Source: Eledone cirrhosa (lineage: Eukaryota). Taken from it: 64,000 nucleotides of DNA. Positions within the stretch are counted from its first letter, which is position 1. Every line of letters begins with the position of its first letter. The stretch lies in assembly GCA_964016885.1 (NCBI GenBank), contig OZ024740.1, forward strand, positions 213,900,001 to 213,964,000. The letters are read 5' to 3'. Under the pieces are notes generated by a model. The model saw only the letters and a program-made list of their open reading frames with translations, was not told the DNA's origin and did no database searches. Of this stretch, positions 61,666-64,000 are shown piece after piece. Both the position numbers and the translations under genes were made by a program.

Positions 61666-62501
61666 TATTGTATGAAACTTCCCCCTTTGTATTTGTCCCC
61701 TTCTTTTGTGCCCCTGTGGCTAATAAAGAAACATATCTATCTATCTATCTATCTGTATCTATCTATATCTATCTATCTATCTATCTATGGGATATGTAGA
61801 ACGACTATTGTCGCGGGTGGGACCAATCCAGTTGACCACCGAGTCCATTGTCATGATCAAACCGCCACCCTCCTTCAAAAACGAAGGAGAGGCGGTTTTC
61901 CTTTGTGTGATAGCTATGGCGAAAGAGGTTGTATGGTGGACAAGGTTGAAAGGGCTGAGGTCAGACACCTTTCTCTCCGGCCAACAACTGATTCTTTTTT
62001 TCAAATACCACTTTGGAAGAAGAATCAGGATGGAGAGAGAGGTGCTGTACCCCAGCAAGTTTTATGAAAGGTGGGTGAAAGTGGCGAGAATGGCCCGAGT
62101 GAATGGGCCTTCTCTCAATATCAGCCTGTAGATTGAGGAAAAGGAGGAGGAGAGGAAAGGAGTACAAGCTCTTTGTACTCCTGGAGATGAGGGTTGCACA
62201 TTTTTTTCGGGGGTATGTGTTACCCATATAAACTGTCTCCCTCTATTGGGGAAAATCGACTAACTTTTAAATTCCATCTGTGATAACATTTTACACGTTT
62301 TTATTGTATGTAAACTTCCCCCTTTGTATTTGTCCCCTTCTTTTGTGCCCCTGTGGCTAATAAAGAAACATATCTATCTATCTGTATCTATTTATCTATC
62401 TATTGTATGTAAACTTCCCCCTTTGTATTTGTCCCCTTCTTTTGTGCCCCTGTGGTTAATAAAGAAACATATCTATCTATCTATCTGTATCTATCTATCT
62501 A

Positions 62502-62578
<77 letters not shown>
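61663..62578 (+). mobile_element. Tx1/L1-like LINE 3' end plus two extra 3' tails, embedded in (TATC)n
   Basis: Open frame 61787-62131 (AKEVVWWTR...RIRMERE...FYERW); tail CCCCCTTTGTATTTGTCCCCTTCTTTTGTGCCCCTGTGGYTAATAAAGAAACATA occurs three times, each followed by TATC repeats. Confidence 0.75.
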
Positions 62579-63179
62579 GTGTGCAGTGCACCTGAGCACT
62601 GTACGCAATAATTTTCTTTATTAGTATATGCATATAAATGTGTGTGTGTGTGTGTGTATGTATATATGTATAAAGATACATATGTGTGTGTTTGTGTATA
62701 GACCACATACAGACAGAGAGAGAGTGATGTGCCTCTGTACACACACACACACAAGCAAAACAAACAATATTGTAATTTGAATTTCTATTATTTCTATTTT
62801 ATTATTTACGAAAAAATAATGCTGAAGTAGAAAGAAATACTATTTAAGGTTCATATTTTGTCTGTTTTATTAATATCGTCCTAAATAAAGTTAAGATTCC
62901 CTTAATATCCGCCACTTCATCAGTTTTAACATTGGTAGCTTTTAATGTGTGTAGTTTCACTTAGCAGTCTATGTTGAATAAGGAGGAACATGTTATGAAA
63001 TTAGATATAAATTTGTGATAAACTTGCGAGATTTTTCATATAATCGTGTAAAGAAAAGACATAGAAAGAATGAAAATATATTGAAATCAATCTCTTTCTT
63101 TGGTATATGTGGTGGTGGTGGGGAGTTATAAAACATTTAAAGACTGAATCAGAAATCAGTATTTTATTTCATGTCCCCT

Positions 63180-63537
63180 TTACGTTCTGAGTTCAAATCC
63201 CGCCGAGGTTGTCTTTGTCTTTTAATTTTACAGGGTCGATGAAATAAAGTACCAGTAACGCACTGGGGTTGATTTAATCGACTTTCTCCCTTTCTCAAAA
63301 AATTGTTGACCTTGTGCCTAAATCAAAAACCATTATTTTATTTCATCAAAGGGCGGTGGATTGGCAGTATCGGTAGAGGGTCGGACGCCATGCTTTCTAG
63401 CATAGTTACGTCCCTTTACAGTCTGAGTTCAAATCCCGCCGAGGTGAACTTTGCCTTTCATCCTTACGGGGTCGATAAAATAAAGTACCAGTAATGCACT
63501 GGGTAATTGCTGGCCTTGTGCCTAAAGTAGAAACAAT
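63180..63537 (+). mobile_element. Two adjacent family A SINE copies
   Basis: Partial copy ~63180-63335; full copy from GGGCGGTGGATTGGCAGTATCGG (63351) to GTAGAAAC. Confidence 0.85.
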
Positions 63538-64000
63538 TATTTTATTCCATTGTATTTTGTCTTTAAGAAAAGAAGAAAAAAAAAATGAAAAAATCCCTAG
63601 AAATTTTACATTGCAAAAAAAAATATATTATTTAATGCCCTTTCCCTAAACCATCGTCTGATTTCCGTACAACCCCCACAGTCTAAGTAATGTCTCATTC
63701 ATCTGGTGCCCCTGTGGCAAATAAACGACATGCTTCTTCTTCTATAAAATAAAGTACCAGTAACGCACTAGGTCCAATTCCATCGACCCCTCCCCCTAAA
63801 TTGTTGTCCTTGTACCTAAATCAGAAACCGTTGTTGTTGTTGTTGCTGGTAATGCACCTCGTAGAAGTCATAACATGTATTATGTACGTCACCCAAACGC
63901 GGTTCCCCCTTCCCTTAGTTTTCGACTTTGTCTCTCAGAAAATTCTCATTACTGTCGGAGCTAAACGAATTAAATTTCATGAACGTTTATCACTTAAAGA

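Overview
AT-rich, repeat-dense animal genomic DNA; the SINE, RTE-tail and microsatellite content looks cephalopod (Octopus-like), which is inference. Two convergent spliced genes were reconstructed by hand with GT-AG boundaries and consistent codon phases. On +, the 3' part of a katanin p80 family gene (KATNB1/KATNBL1-type con80 domain; 8 exons, 9793-18080). On -, PHAF1/C16orf70 (UPF0183; 13 exons, 44355 down to 20810), whose first coding exon I could not find in the window. The long ORFs in the supplied track are artefacts of tandem repeats. Introns hold tRNA-derived SINEs, RTE and Tx1 LINE fragments, a deleted Tc1 element, piggyBac-type TTAA MITEs, a hAT-like MITE, a probable Helitron and at least eight minisatellites (28, 31, 33-36, ~40, 43, 44 and 72 bp units plus a TA-rich one), most with higher-order structure. 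There is a 200-N gap at 54679-54878. The most notable unexplained signals are several type I hammerhead-ribozyme-like motifs (one with an intact core and branched stem II at 58190-58282, a back-to-back pair at 53378-53482), a Tx1-like element stacked in (TATC)n, a 72-bp satellite born inside a MITE, and inverted LINE fragments bracketing a symmetric PHAF1 exon.
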